NCBI GenBank assembly: GCA_964019425.1 | Contig: OZ025783.1 | Coordinates: 124,001-188,000 of the forward strand | Direction: 5' to 3' | Source: Flectonema sp. DT1601 | Lineage: Eukaryota | DNA: 64,000 nucleotides | Shown here: in pieces, positions 36,486 to 46,800 of the stretch | Layout: each line of letters opens with the position of its first letter | Numbering within the stretch: the first letter of the stretch is position 1 | Program-made: the position numbers and the translations under genes | The notes under the pieces: model-generated | Told to the model about the DNA's origin: nothing | What the model saw: only the letters and a program-made list of their open reading frames with translations | Database searches by the model: none

Positions 36486-36611
36486 AAGGAAATATTCACA
36501 AGAGGAGATCTGATCAGTGGTAACTCCATTTTTGTCCGATTGAAGCCCTCAAAATCATCAGGCAACAACGAGTTATATAAACAAATAAAAATTATCATCC
36601 TATCAGAGAGG
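36486..36611. repeat. 126-bp identical direct repeat, copy 1 (intergenic)
   Basis: Identical to 38041-38166. Confidence 0.95.
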
Positions 36612-36771
36612 CTAAGCAAGGTATTCATCGATATTAAATAATCAAAACATACCTCCCAACTGAATTCATTAAACATACAATGTGTTCTGATTAAAGTAAT
36701 TATATTTAATGAAGAGCAGAAGTAATAAAACATCGTTAATATGTTAATATCAACCGAGTTTATAAATATAG

Positions 36772-37377
36772 CTACAATGCTTGTGAAAACTCAACAGTGT
36801 CTAGAAACAGCTTTTCAAACATGGGAACGATATTTAGACCAGAATTTGCTGAAGTTTTCCAGAAAGTGAATCCGTGTTTTAAAGCCCAGGCTTCAGCTTC
36901 AGTCTCAATAGGGTTATTTTGATTCCGACACATGTCTGTTTTATTGGCGCATACAACAACAGGAATCCCTCGAGGCGCACCGAACTGATCGGCCTCTTGT
37001 CTCCACGCTTCAAGATCAATAAAAGACTTTCTGTTATTGATATCAAACGCCATTAGTATACCCTCTGCGTCGCTGTAGAATTCATTTCTAATTTCAAAGT
37101 ATTCCGGATTGCCAGATAAATCCCAAAAGTTTATCTTTACAGGTTGTTCTTTCACCATTACCAATTTGACACCGTAGTCGATACCAATTGTTGTTATGTA
37201 CTTTGTTACGAATTGCTCTTCACAATATCTTTTTATTATACAACTCTTACCAACTCCCTCACATCCAAGAGAGATTATTTTTACTCTCCTGCAGTGAGGT
37301 CTAGGAAGAGATTTAATCATCTGAAGCTCTTCTTCAGTCACATCTCCAAGTATACTACTCTTTCGATTTCCTTCCAT
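36772..37377 (-). CDS. RJL: RJL family Ras-like GTPase (no J domain)
   Basis: KIISLGCEGVGKSCIIKRYCE, YITTIGIDYGVK, WDLSGNPEYFEIRNEFY (catalytic Gln absent, as in RJL), NKTD, TSA. No prenylation motif. Confidence 0.9.
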   Translation of the reverse strand: MEGNRKSSILGDVTEEELQMIKSLPRPHCRRVKIISLGCEGVGKSCIIKRYCEEQFVTKYITTIGIDYGVKLVMVKEQPVKINFWDLSGNPEYFEIRNEFYSDAEGILMAFDINNRKSFIDLEAWRQEADQFGAPRGIPVVVCANKTDMCRNQNNPIETEAEAWALKHGFTFWKTSANSGLNIVPMFEKLFLDTVEFSQAL

Positions 37378-37689
37378 TTCAAAAGGTAAAGACAAGTTAG
37401 GTTCTTTTCAGTACTAACATGTTATTAATTCCTAATAAGTGAAATTATAGATGCTGACTTGGTTTGATATTGCAATAGGTATTTGTTTGTTAATACGATA
37501 AATCGCTCGAACGGTAAACTTTAAACTGTTCGGATGGGTTAGGGTGAGCAACTATTTTTTGTATAGAAATTAAAAATGCGAATAGGTTAGAACAAGAAGT
37601 CGCAATTAAAAAGGGAAGGAACATGAACATGATTAACAATCAGAGAAAAGCTCAGATTAGAGCTGAAATTCTTCGACTGTTAATCCTTT

Positions 37690-39721
37690 TTAACAGAGAG
37701 CCATTAGGTCTGAGATTTCTTCTTCCTCGTCTGCAGTTCTTTTTATTAAATGTTTGCTCGGCTTAGTTGCTGAAATGTTTAGAACCACTCTCGACTTCGG
37801 TCTGGTCTGCAAGACTCCTACAGTTCTTTTCCTTGGTCTGTCTTCATCATACTCTTCACACATTTCTGAAGGGTTTGAACGTCCAAGAACTGACATCTTT
37901 TTTATGTGCTCATCTAAAGCTGTCTCGTCAGCTGCATTCCGTAAAGTAAATCTCCAATAGTTAGTTAAAGAGGTGTAGGCGTCTGTTTTGTTTGTTTTCG
38001 TTTTTTGTTTTTACCGCGCCAGTTGAATTAAAAAGAATCTAAGGAAATATTCACAAGAGGAGATCTGATCAGTGGTAACTCCATTTTTGTCCGATTGAAG
38101 CCCTCAAAATCATCAGGCAACAACGAGTTATATAAACAAATAAAAATTATCATCCTATCAGAGAGGTTAGATTAATTATTCGAACTACGATTATACTCCA
38201 GAACTCGAATAAAAGAAAAAAGATAAGTGGCGGATCGACAGTTCTTACAATCAGAACGGATAGCTGGTAGCACAGATCAGATTAGCAATGGAAATCAATT
38301 CGAAGTCATTGAGAACTGCTATGTCTAGTGTTTTTAGATCTCAGGCTGAAAATACCTCTGGGAAGTTTTTCTCACAATTGGATCTCAAAGAAGAGGTATC
38401 TTTATCTACCAAAAGTAAAAGAAAACTAGATGAGACTGACATTGAATTGGAATGAGCGCGAGTCCTCTACAATCTTATCTTGCATCTGCTTTTACTGCTA
38501 GTTGCAACTTAAACTTAGTTGCTTTTTGTTTTTCTCGCATTTTCACCTCTAACTACCTCTCATTTTCTTAATCTTTTTCATTTTGTTCTTTTTTATTCTT
38601 TTTTATTTTTGTTGTTTTCTGCCTTTTGACTCTCTTTTGTTTTTATTTTCACAATTTTACATTTATTCCAGACTCTCTGCAAGCTCTTTTCGAGAAATCC
38701 TTACTGTTTCTTTTCTTTTGTTTTTTGAGATTAGGACGAAAACCTTCTCTCATTCAAATTTTTGAACCGAAACTGATAAACTTGCAAGTAAAAAGGTTTT
38801 GTCAGTTTATTCAAACCTCTTTCCAAGTTAGGTTATTCACTGAGCAAGCAGAAGATGGCTTGTTAATCAGTCATGACTTGCCAGACAATTCACTCTCTTT
38901 TTCTTTTTCATTTCAAGTAAGGATCCCATGTTATCTACAGGATTTGTTGTTTTTATTTTCCTTTCTCGCCAAGTGTCAACTTCCTTGATATGTACGGGTT
39001 TATACGAGAATTTATTTCACTAAGAGAAAAGCTCTTTAAATGTTTGTACTCAAAGATTTATCGAATCCTTCGAAGTCTCAACTCTATTCGAACGCAGACA
39101 GAATCCTGTCGCACAGGGAAATAAGTCATAATTCTTCTCCGACTAGTGTATAAAAATATAAAACATACGAAGTAACTTCTTGTGTACAAACATCTCAGTT
39201 GCTAAATGTTTCAGCCAGGGTAGTTTAAAGTGTTCAAGACCAACCTCACCGAGACATTTAAGGATTCTTGTAATACGAAGAAAGTTGTGACCTCTCATAT
39301 TTAAGTTTGAGTATCTGTTTCTATAATCAGAATTTCTGGATACCGCACCAGTTGTTCTGTCAAGTTGCATTCCATAGAAGTCAAGCATCAGTTCGTAACT
39401 TTTGATTATTCGATTTTGTGCAATTGGATTCTCAGATATACTTTTCGCTTCGTGCAGTTGAAGAGGATCAGCTAAGTGATTGAGACCACACTCACGAATT
39501 GGAAACAACCACTGAACATATCCATGAGCAGCTTCTAACTTACTATAATGTCCCCACCAATCTCTATGAATGTCATCTATAAACATGTCGTCTGGTTGAC
39601 ATTTCCTAATTCCCGTGTAAAATTCTAAATTCTTATTCATACTAGGATTATCTCTTGTTCGAGGATACCCTTTACGGTACGTGCTCATGTCACGAGCAGC
39701 CATTTTAGATCGCCAAGACAT
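37690..39721 (-). CDS. Opioid growth factor receptor (OGFr) conserved-domain protein (~281 aa, 2 exons)
   Basis: NLEFY, LEAAHGYVQWLFP, YELMLDFYG, HNFLRITRILKCL. Splicing 39168 to 37983 gives KKLLHAYTSLTNYWRFTLRN, matching the OGFr domain end, and absorbs the orphan 68-aa ORF. Confidence 0.8.
37983..39168 (-). other. 1186-nt intron of the OGFr-like gene
   Basis: GTATGTTTTATATTTTT donor and AAAACGAAAACAAACAAAACAG acceptor; phase matches on both sides. Confidence 0.7.
38041..38166. repeat. 126-bp identical direct repeat, copy 2 (intronic)
   Basis: Identical to 36486-36611. Confidence 0.95.
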
Positions 39722-40706
39722 GTTTACCTTAAAAACTGTGAAGGAGAGAATGATTATTGTGGTATTACAAATACTAATATTTCTTTTGTTCTTTTCCTTT
39801 GTTGCTTAATGAGTGCGAGTCGACTATCGTCGGGGGGGAAGTACTCAGCATAATAACTTTAGTTGGTATTTGAACCAACGAGGAAAAGAAAATCAGATTG
39901 AACAACAAAAGGAAAAAAAAAAAACAGTAATCACATCAACTTAGACGTCACTTGCATCGTTCAACAGATATAAAAGAGGCAATACGTGCACTCCCTTATG
40001 AGACCACCGACGACGTAAAGACGACATGATGGAACTTCTAAAGATAAATAGCTGCAAGTGTATATCAGTCTAATGTTTTTACAGCTGGAAAAAAAAAAAA
40101 AAAAAAAAATTGATTAAAATCTCTTGAAGCTTAATTGCCTCCCCCCCGTCACGAGTTTGAACTGGGGGAGAGACCAGAATATGTAAAAAAAAAACAACAG
40201 CAAATGAAATATAATCGGAGAAAGCGCGTTCGCTAATTGGAAACGGGAAGACATTCATTTCCTAACAGTTGATGTTATCTAACGCATTGCCAGATTTAAA
40301 AAAATGCACCGAACTGAAGGACATCGAGAATGTAGTTTTCCGCAGCGCCACGGCATGAGGGAGAAATGAAAAAGAAGAAGAAAAAAACAGCACCAGAACA
40401 AACAAATTAATAATTTCAATTTAAAAAATAACCATTCAGATAAGTCTTTATATTTTGTTGGTCCGCGATTAGTATACTGGCGGCACCACAACATTTGACC
40501 ATAATAAATAAATGACTCTTAATCTGAATAGTTTCTTCTCGGACTTACTCGGTGCAAAAAAAAAAGAAAAAAAAAGTACAGCTACATCTCAAACATGATA
40601 TTTTTTTCTTATTTCTTTGTCTGATTCATTAACGACTCTAGACAAATTATTTGAAAAATTTTAACGTTTTTTTTTTTTTTTTCTTCTCGTAATTCTTTTT
40701 GGCATC

Positions 40707-43430
40707 CTATGCTGGAGTACAACCACTCGTCCCTTGCAATTTCTGAGCGGTCTTCAAAATGTCACCAGCAATTCCAAGTGCAGACATACTACCACAGCCA
40801 GCTCCCTGTACAAGAAGTGGAGCCGCATCAGCTCCACACCTCCGAATTAAAGCATAAATATCAGTTCCGTTTAAAGAGTATGCTGGATGTCTTGCAGACA
40901 CATACTGCGGACCAACACTAGCAGTAGGTGGTTCTGTAGTGAAATCAATCGAAGCTATGTAGGCGAGGAGGTTGCCAGATTTTTTTATTTTTAACAATTC
41001 ACCTGCGACCATATCATCATATGGTAAAAGTGCTTTTCTCAATGTCTCAGCATCAGCTTCACTGGCTTCACCAACACCTGAAGACTCTCGAATGACTGAA
41101 ATGCATTGTTCGTTAACGAGGGGAGTAGTTTTTATATTATCAAGATCAAGTTCACGACCCATCTGTCTAGCTAGTACTATCAATTTACGAGCGCAATCTA
41201 ATCCCGACAAGTCAACAGCAATATGTGGTTCAGCATACGACTTTGTAATAGCAGAATACACTGCATCAGACAGAGGAACACCATCACTCAAAGATGAAGC
41301 AATGTATCCACATGTTCCTGAGAGAGACGATTCGATCGAAGAGACTCGGTCTCCCATTTGGTTTGTCATTCTAATTGAATCACAAATAGGAACAGAAGCA
41401 CCAACACAATTATCAAAAGTAATCAGCTCATGGTTTGTTATAGATTCCGACAACCGAGTTACCGATGCAGCGTTTGAAACAACTACATGAATTCCTAATT
41501 GAAAACAAGTTTTATAAAAATCTGATCCTTCTATTTCTAATCTATTACAATCAACTACAATAGGACAAGGCATCTGTCTCAGACGTTGAAGAACTCTAAC
41601 AGGGATGACTGCAGACATTCGTTTGCCAGCAGGATTCTCATTGCAACGTTTTGATGGATCTTTCATTTGGTTGATAATTTCTTCAACATCAACACCTTGT
41701 TCTATCAGTGAGTAGTCTTGAGACTTACCACAAGTATGAAACGTTCCTACAACTCTAATTTCTACTTTATACCTTGCAAGAAATTCCTGTTTCTTTATTG
41801 AAAGCCTTTCTAGAAGACCAAGTGTATTGGAATTCGAACCAAGCACAATAAGTGAAACAATCTGATGACCAAGATTAATTGACGTGTGAGCACATCTAAC
41901 AGCAACAGCTGTATCATGGCTATCGACTATAATTGAAACACAACTACTGTTAGAACCTTGACTTATACTTCTTACCTTAACACGAGCAACTGTTAACGCT
42001 GATAACACTTTTGGTAGTACAGATTGAGGAGCTCTCACTAAACTTAATAAAGTCACGGGTTCCCAAATGTTCATTTCTTCTAATTCATGTTTTCTGATTT
42101 CACGTTCAAATTCAGTAATCATAACTTCCTTAGCTTCGATAACATTATCACGATGAATAACAATATGAACTGCTTGACCATTAGCAGCAAACGACGCATG
42201 ATGAATTCTTATATTCGAAGATCCCAAACATGATGTTAATCTAATACCGATGTGTTGCATTCCTGAAGAGCTTACACTGCTCTCTTGACCTAGACGTGAT
42301 CTCAATCCTAAAACAGCCATACCTTCTAATTGAGTTACACAAGTAGCACTCATTTGTGACAACGATGTTGAATCCATTATAGTTGTTGCCTTACCTTCGG
42401 GATCATCTGTGTTTCTGATTACCATCGGGATCCTCTGTTCAACTAATGGAAGGATAGTACGAGGATGAAACATTCTAGAACCGTATATTGATAGTTCCAT
42501 TGCCTCAACGTAGCTCAGTTCCGGTACAGGATAGGCTTCCTTAACGATACCAGGGTCAGCAGTAAATACTCCAGGTACGTCAGTGTTAATTATAACACGA
42601 CATGCTCCAATTCCCTGACCTAGAAGAGCTGCTGTGTAGTCTGATCCATTCCTTCCTAATGTCGTTCTCTTTCCTGAGATTGTCGCACCTAAGAATCCAG
42701 TCACGATTGGAACACTTGATTCTTGCCATGTTTGAGATAAAGCTGTCAGCTTTGTTTGTGTTTCTGACCAGTCGACCTGAGCCTTTCCGTGTTCGTCATT
42801 AGTAACAACCCAATCCTTACCATCGACTGAATGAGCAGGTGTACCAGATGCTTGCAATAAAGAAGCAATCACAATACTACTAAGTCTTTCACCATATGAT
42901 AGCAGTCTGTCTAGTGTTGCTGGAGATAGTTCTCTGACAAGACTGATCCCAAGTAGAAGTTGTCGAAGTTCTGATAAAAGTTTGTCAACACTCTGCATAA
43001 TTTCTAATTGAAGACCTCTTTCTGGACAATGTTCTTTAATATTTAAGTATGCTATTTCTTGAATTGCGTCAACCTTTTCATTTGACTCGTCAATTAAGTC
43101 CAAACAAGCTTTGTCTGCTGCGTCAATTAGTAAGTCAGTTGATTTCCCCATCGCAGATACAACAACTGCGACACAACCTTCTCTCGCGTGTTTATCAATT
43201 AATTTTAGAACTTGTCCTAGTTTTCCTCCACAGCTTGAACCTCCGAACTTTAAAATTATGCTTCCTATCATTGAAGCTCCACTAAAATCTCCATTGCTCC
43301 ACGCACTCTTTATATTCGCCTTTGAATATGGAAGAAGAGATGTTGCTGTAGTCTGACCAGGCAATTGTCTCACAATTCCCTTCTTCGGGACGGATCTCTT
43401 CTTTTCGATATCTGCCTGCGGCGAATCCAT
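40707..43430 (-). CDS. thrA: Bifunctional aspartokinase / homoserine dehydrogenase
   Basis: KFGGSS, VVVSAMG, LSYGERLS, TTLGRNGSDYTA, TDVPGVFTADP, two ACT-like regions, then VGASVPI, LSGT, YAEP...DLSGLDCARKL. Confidence 0.92.
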   Translation of the reverse strand: MDSPQADIEKKRSVPKKGIVRQLPGQTTATSLLPYSKANIKSAWSNGDFSGASMIGSIILKFGGSSCGGKLGQVLKLIDKHAREGCVAVVVSAMGKSTDLLIDAADKACLDLIDESNEKVDAIQEIAYLNIKEHCPERGLQLEIMQSVDKLLSELRQLLLGISLVRELSPATLDRLLSYGERLSSIVIASLLQASGTPAHSVDGKDWVVTNDEHGKAQVDWSETQTKLTALSQTWQESSVPIVTGFLGATISGKRTTLGRNGSDYTAALLGQGIGACRVIINTDVPGVFTADPGIVKEAYPVPELSYVEAMELSIYGSRMFHPRTILPLVEQRIPMVIRNTDDPEGKATTIMDSTSLSQMSATCVTQLEGMAVLGLRSRLGQESSVSSSGMQHIGIRLTSCLGSSNIRIHHASFAANGQAVHIVIHRDNVIEAKEVMITEFEREIRKHELEEMNIWEPVTLLSLVRAPQSVLPKVLSALTVARVKVRSISQGSNSSCVSIIVDSHDTAVAVRCAHTSINLGHQIVSLIVLGSNSNTLGLLERLSIKKQEFLARYKVEIRVVGTFHTCGKSQDYSLIEQGVDVEEIINQMKDPSKRCNENPAGKRMSAVIPVRVLQRLRQMPCPIVVDCNRLEIEGSDFYKTCFQLGIHVVVSNAASVTRLSESITNHELITFDNCVGASVPICDSIRMTNQMGDRVSSIESSLSGTCGYIASSLSDGVPLSDAVYSAITKSYAEPHIAVDLSGLDCARKLIVLARQMGRELDLDNIKTTPLVNEQCISVIRESSGVGEASEADAETLRKALLPYDDMVAGELLKIKKSGNLLAYIASIDFTTEPPTASVGPQYVSARHPAYSLNGTDIYALIRRCGADAAPLLVQGAGCGSMSALGIAGDILKTAQKLQGTSGCTPA

Positions 43431-43833
43431 TTTTATTCTGATGGTCTCTGTTGGAATGAAAATCTTGTAAAGTCAGAAATACCCTTTAAGAACCCACTCA
43501 AAACGTTTTGTACAACAGCAACGATACAAACATCCAACCCCCTGCAAGGATATCAACCCGTCATAGATACCAGGTGCCATTTCAAATCGGAAGCTTCAAC
43601 TGAAACTGTGGACTTACAGTAAAAGAAGAAACCCCCTCCAATACTTCTCACATTATTCAAAGCAGGCATGTTGGAAACCTCTTACAGAGACGTACAGTCA
43701 CTTAAGAAAGAATCACCTATAACGGTTACTTCATTAAAACTACACAAATCAACAGACTCTAATTTCTTGCATCTCGTCAGAAATCCGGAGCCGATTGATG
43801 TCACACTCTTCAGAGCGGAAGCATCAACTGACA

Positions 43834-46800
43834 CTAAGGACTCACATCCACCGAGGAAGTTTTCCCAATACTTTCCACACTTCTCAAACCAAACTTGTTG
43901 GAAATGTCTTTCAGAGACGTACAGTCACTTAAGAAAGAATCACCTATAACGGTTACTTCATTAAAACTACACAAATCAACGGACTCTAATTTCCTGCACC
44001 TCATCAGAAATCCTACGTCGATTGATGTCACACTCTTCAGAGCGGAAGCATCAACTGACACTAAGGAATCACATCCACCGAGGAAATTTTTCCCAATACT
44101 TTTCACATTACTCAAACCAGACATGTTGGAAATGTCTTTCAGAGATTCACACTCACTTAAGAATTCATCACTTATAACGGTTATTTTATCAAAACTACAC
44201 AAATCAACAGACTCTAATTTCTTGCATCTCGTCAGAAATCCTTCTTCGATTGATGTCACACTCTTCAGAGCGGAAGCATTAACTGACACTAAGGACTCAC
44301 ATCCACCGAGGAAATTTTTCCCAATACTTTCCACACTTCTCAAACCAAACTTGTTGGAAATGTCTTTCAGACACTCTCTTAAGAAATCATGATTTATAAC
44401 GGCTATTCCATCAAAACTACTAAAATCAATCACCAAACCAGACATGTTGGAAATGTCTTTCAGAGACTCACAGTCACTTAAGAATTCATCACTTATAACG
44501 GTTATTTTATCAAAACTAAACAAATCAACGGACTCTAATTTCCTGCACCTCGTCAGAAATCCTACGTCGATTGATGTCACACTCTCCAGAGCGGAAGCAT
44601 CAACTGACACTAAGGAATCACATCCACCGAGGATATTTTTCCCAATACTTTTCACATTACTCAAACCAGACATGTTGGAAATGTCTTTCAGAGATTCACA
44701 CTCACTTAAGAATTCATCACTTATAACGGTTATTTTATCAAAACTACACAAATCAACAGACTCTAATTTCTTGCATCTCGTCAGAAATCCTTCTTCGATT
44801 GATGTCACACTCTTCAGAGCGGAAGCATTAACTGACACTAAGGACTCACATCCACCGAGGAAATTTTTCCCAATACTTTCCACACTTCTCAAACCAAACT
44901 TGTTGGAAATGTCTTTCAGACACTCTCTTAAGAAATCATGATTTATAACGGCTATTCCATCAAAACTACTAAAATCAATCACCAAACCAGACATGTTGGA
45001 AATGTCTTTCAGAGACTCACAGTCACTTAAGAATTCATCACTTATAACGGTTATTTTATCAAAACTAAACAAATCAACGGACTCTAATTTCTTGCATCTC
45101 GTCAGAAATCCTACGTCGATTGATGTCACACTCTCCAGAGCGGAAGCATCAACTGACACTAAGGAATCACATCCACCGAGGAAGTTTTTCCCAATACTTT
45201 TCACATTACTCAAACCAGACATGTTGGAAATGTCTTTCAGAGATTCACACTCACTTAAGAATTCATCACTTATAACGGTTATTTTATCAAAACTACACAA
45301 ATCAACAGACTCTAATTTCTTGCATCTCGTCAGAAATCCTTCGTCGATTGATGTCACACTCTTCAGAGCGGAAGCATTAACTGACACTAAGGACTCACAT
45401 CCACCGAGGAAATTTTTCCCAATACTTTCCACACTTCTCAAACCAAACTTGTTGGAAATGTCTTTCAGACACTCTCTTAAGAAATCATGATTTATAACGG
45501 CTATTCCATCAAAACTACTAAAATCAATCACCAAACCAGACATGTTGGAAATGTCTTTCAGAGATTCACACTCACTTAAGAAATCATCACTTATAACGGT
45601 TATTTTATCAAAACTAAACAAATCAACGGACTCTAATTTCCTGCACCTCGTCAGAAATCCTACGTCGATTGATGTCACACTCTCCAGAGCGGAAGCATCA
45701 ACTGACACTAAGGAATCACATCCACCGAGGAAGTTTTTCCCAATACTTTTCACATTACTCAAACCAGACATGTTGGAAATGTCTTTCAGAGATTCACACT
45801 CACTTAAGAATTCATCACTTATAACGGTTATTTTATCAAAACTACACAAATCAACAGACTCTAATTTCTTGCATCTCGTCAGAAATCCTTCGTCGATTGA
45901 TGTCACACTCTTCAGAGCGGAAGCATTAACTGACACTAAGGACTCACATCCACCGAGGAAATTTTTCCCAATACTTTCCACACTTCTCAAACCAAACTTG
46001 TTGGAAATGTCTTTCAGACACTCTCTTAAGAAATCATGATTTATAACGGCTATTCCATCAAAACTACTAAAATCAATCACCAAACCAGACATGTTGGAAA
46101 TGTCTTTCAGAGATTCACACTCACTTAAGAAATCATCACTTATAACGGTTATTTTATCAAAACTAAACAAATCAACGGACTCTAATTTCCTGCACCTCGT
46201 CAGAAATCCTACGTCGATTGATGTCACACTCTCCAGAGCGGAAGCATCAACTGACACTAAGGAATCACATCCACCGAGGAAGTTTTTCCCAATACTTTTC
46301 ACATTACTCAAACCAGACATGTTGAAAATGTCTTTCAGAGATTCACACTCACTTAAGAAATCATCACTTATAACGGTTATTTTATCAAAACGACGCAAAT
46401 CAACAGACTCTAATTTCTTGCATCTCGTCAGAAATCCTACGTCGATTGATGTCACACTCTCCAGAGCGGAAGCATCAACTGACACTAAGGAATCACATCC
46501 ACCGAGGAAGTTTTTCCCAATACTTTTCACATTACTCAAACCAGACATGTTGAAAATGTCTTTCAGAGATTCACACTCACTTAAGAAATCATCACTTATA
46601 ACGGTTATTTTATCAAAACGACGCAAATCAACAGACTCTAATTTCTTGCATCTCGTCAGAAATCCTACGTCGATTGATGTCACACTCTTCAGAGTGGAAG
46701 CATCAACTGACACTAAGGAATCACATCCAGCGAGGAAATTTTTATTTATCGTCGTCAAGTTGTTAAGACCAAACAGGACAACAACTTCTAAGGACTTGCA

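Noticed and set aside
524..40494. Many 60-120-aa ORFs rich in poly-K or poly-F
   Set aside because: Translations of intergenic A/T homopolymer runs.
43895..46740. CRISPR-like regular repeat array
   Set aside because: No unique spacers; the units are in-frame coding LRRs in a eukaryotic gene.
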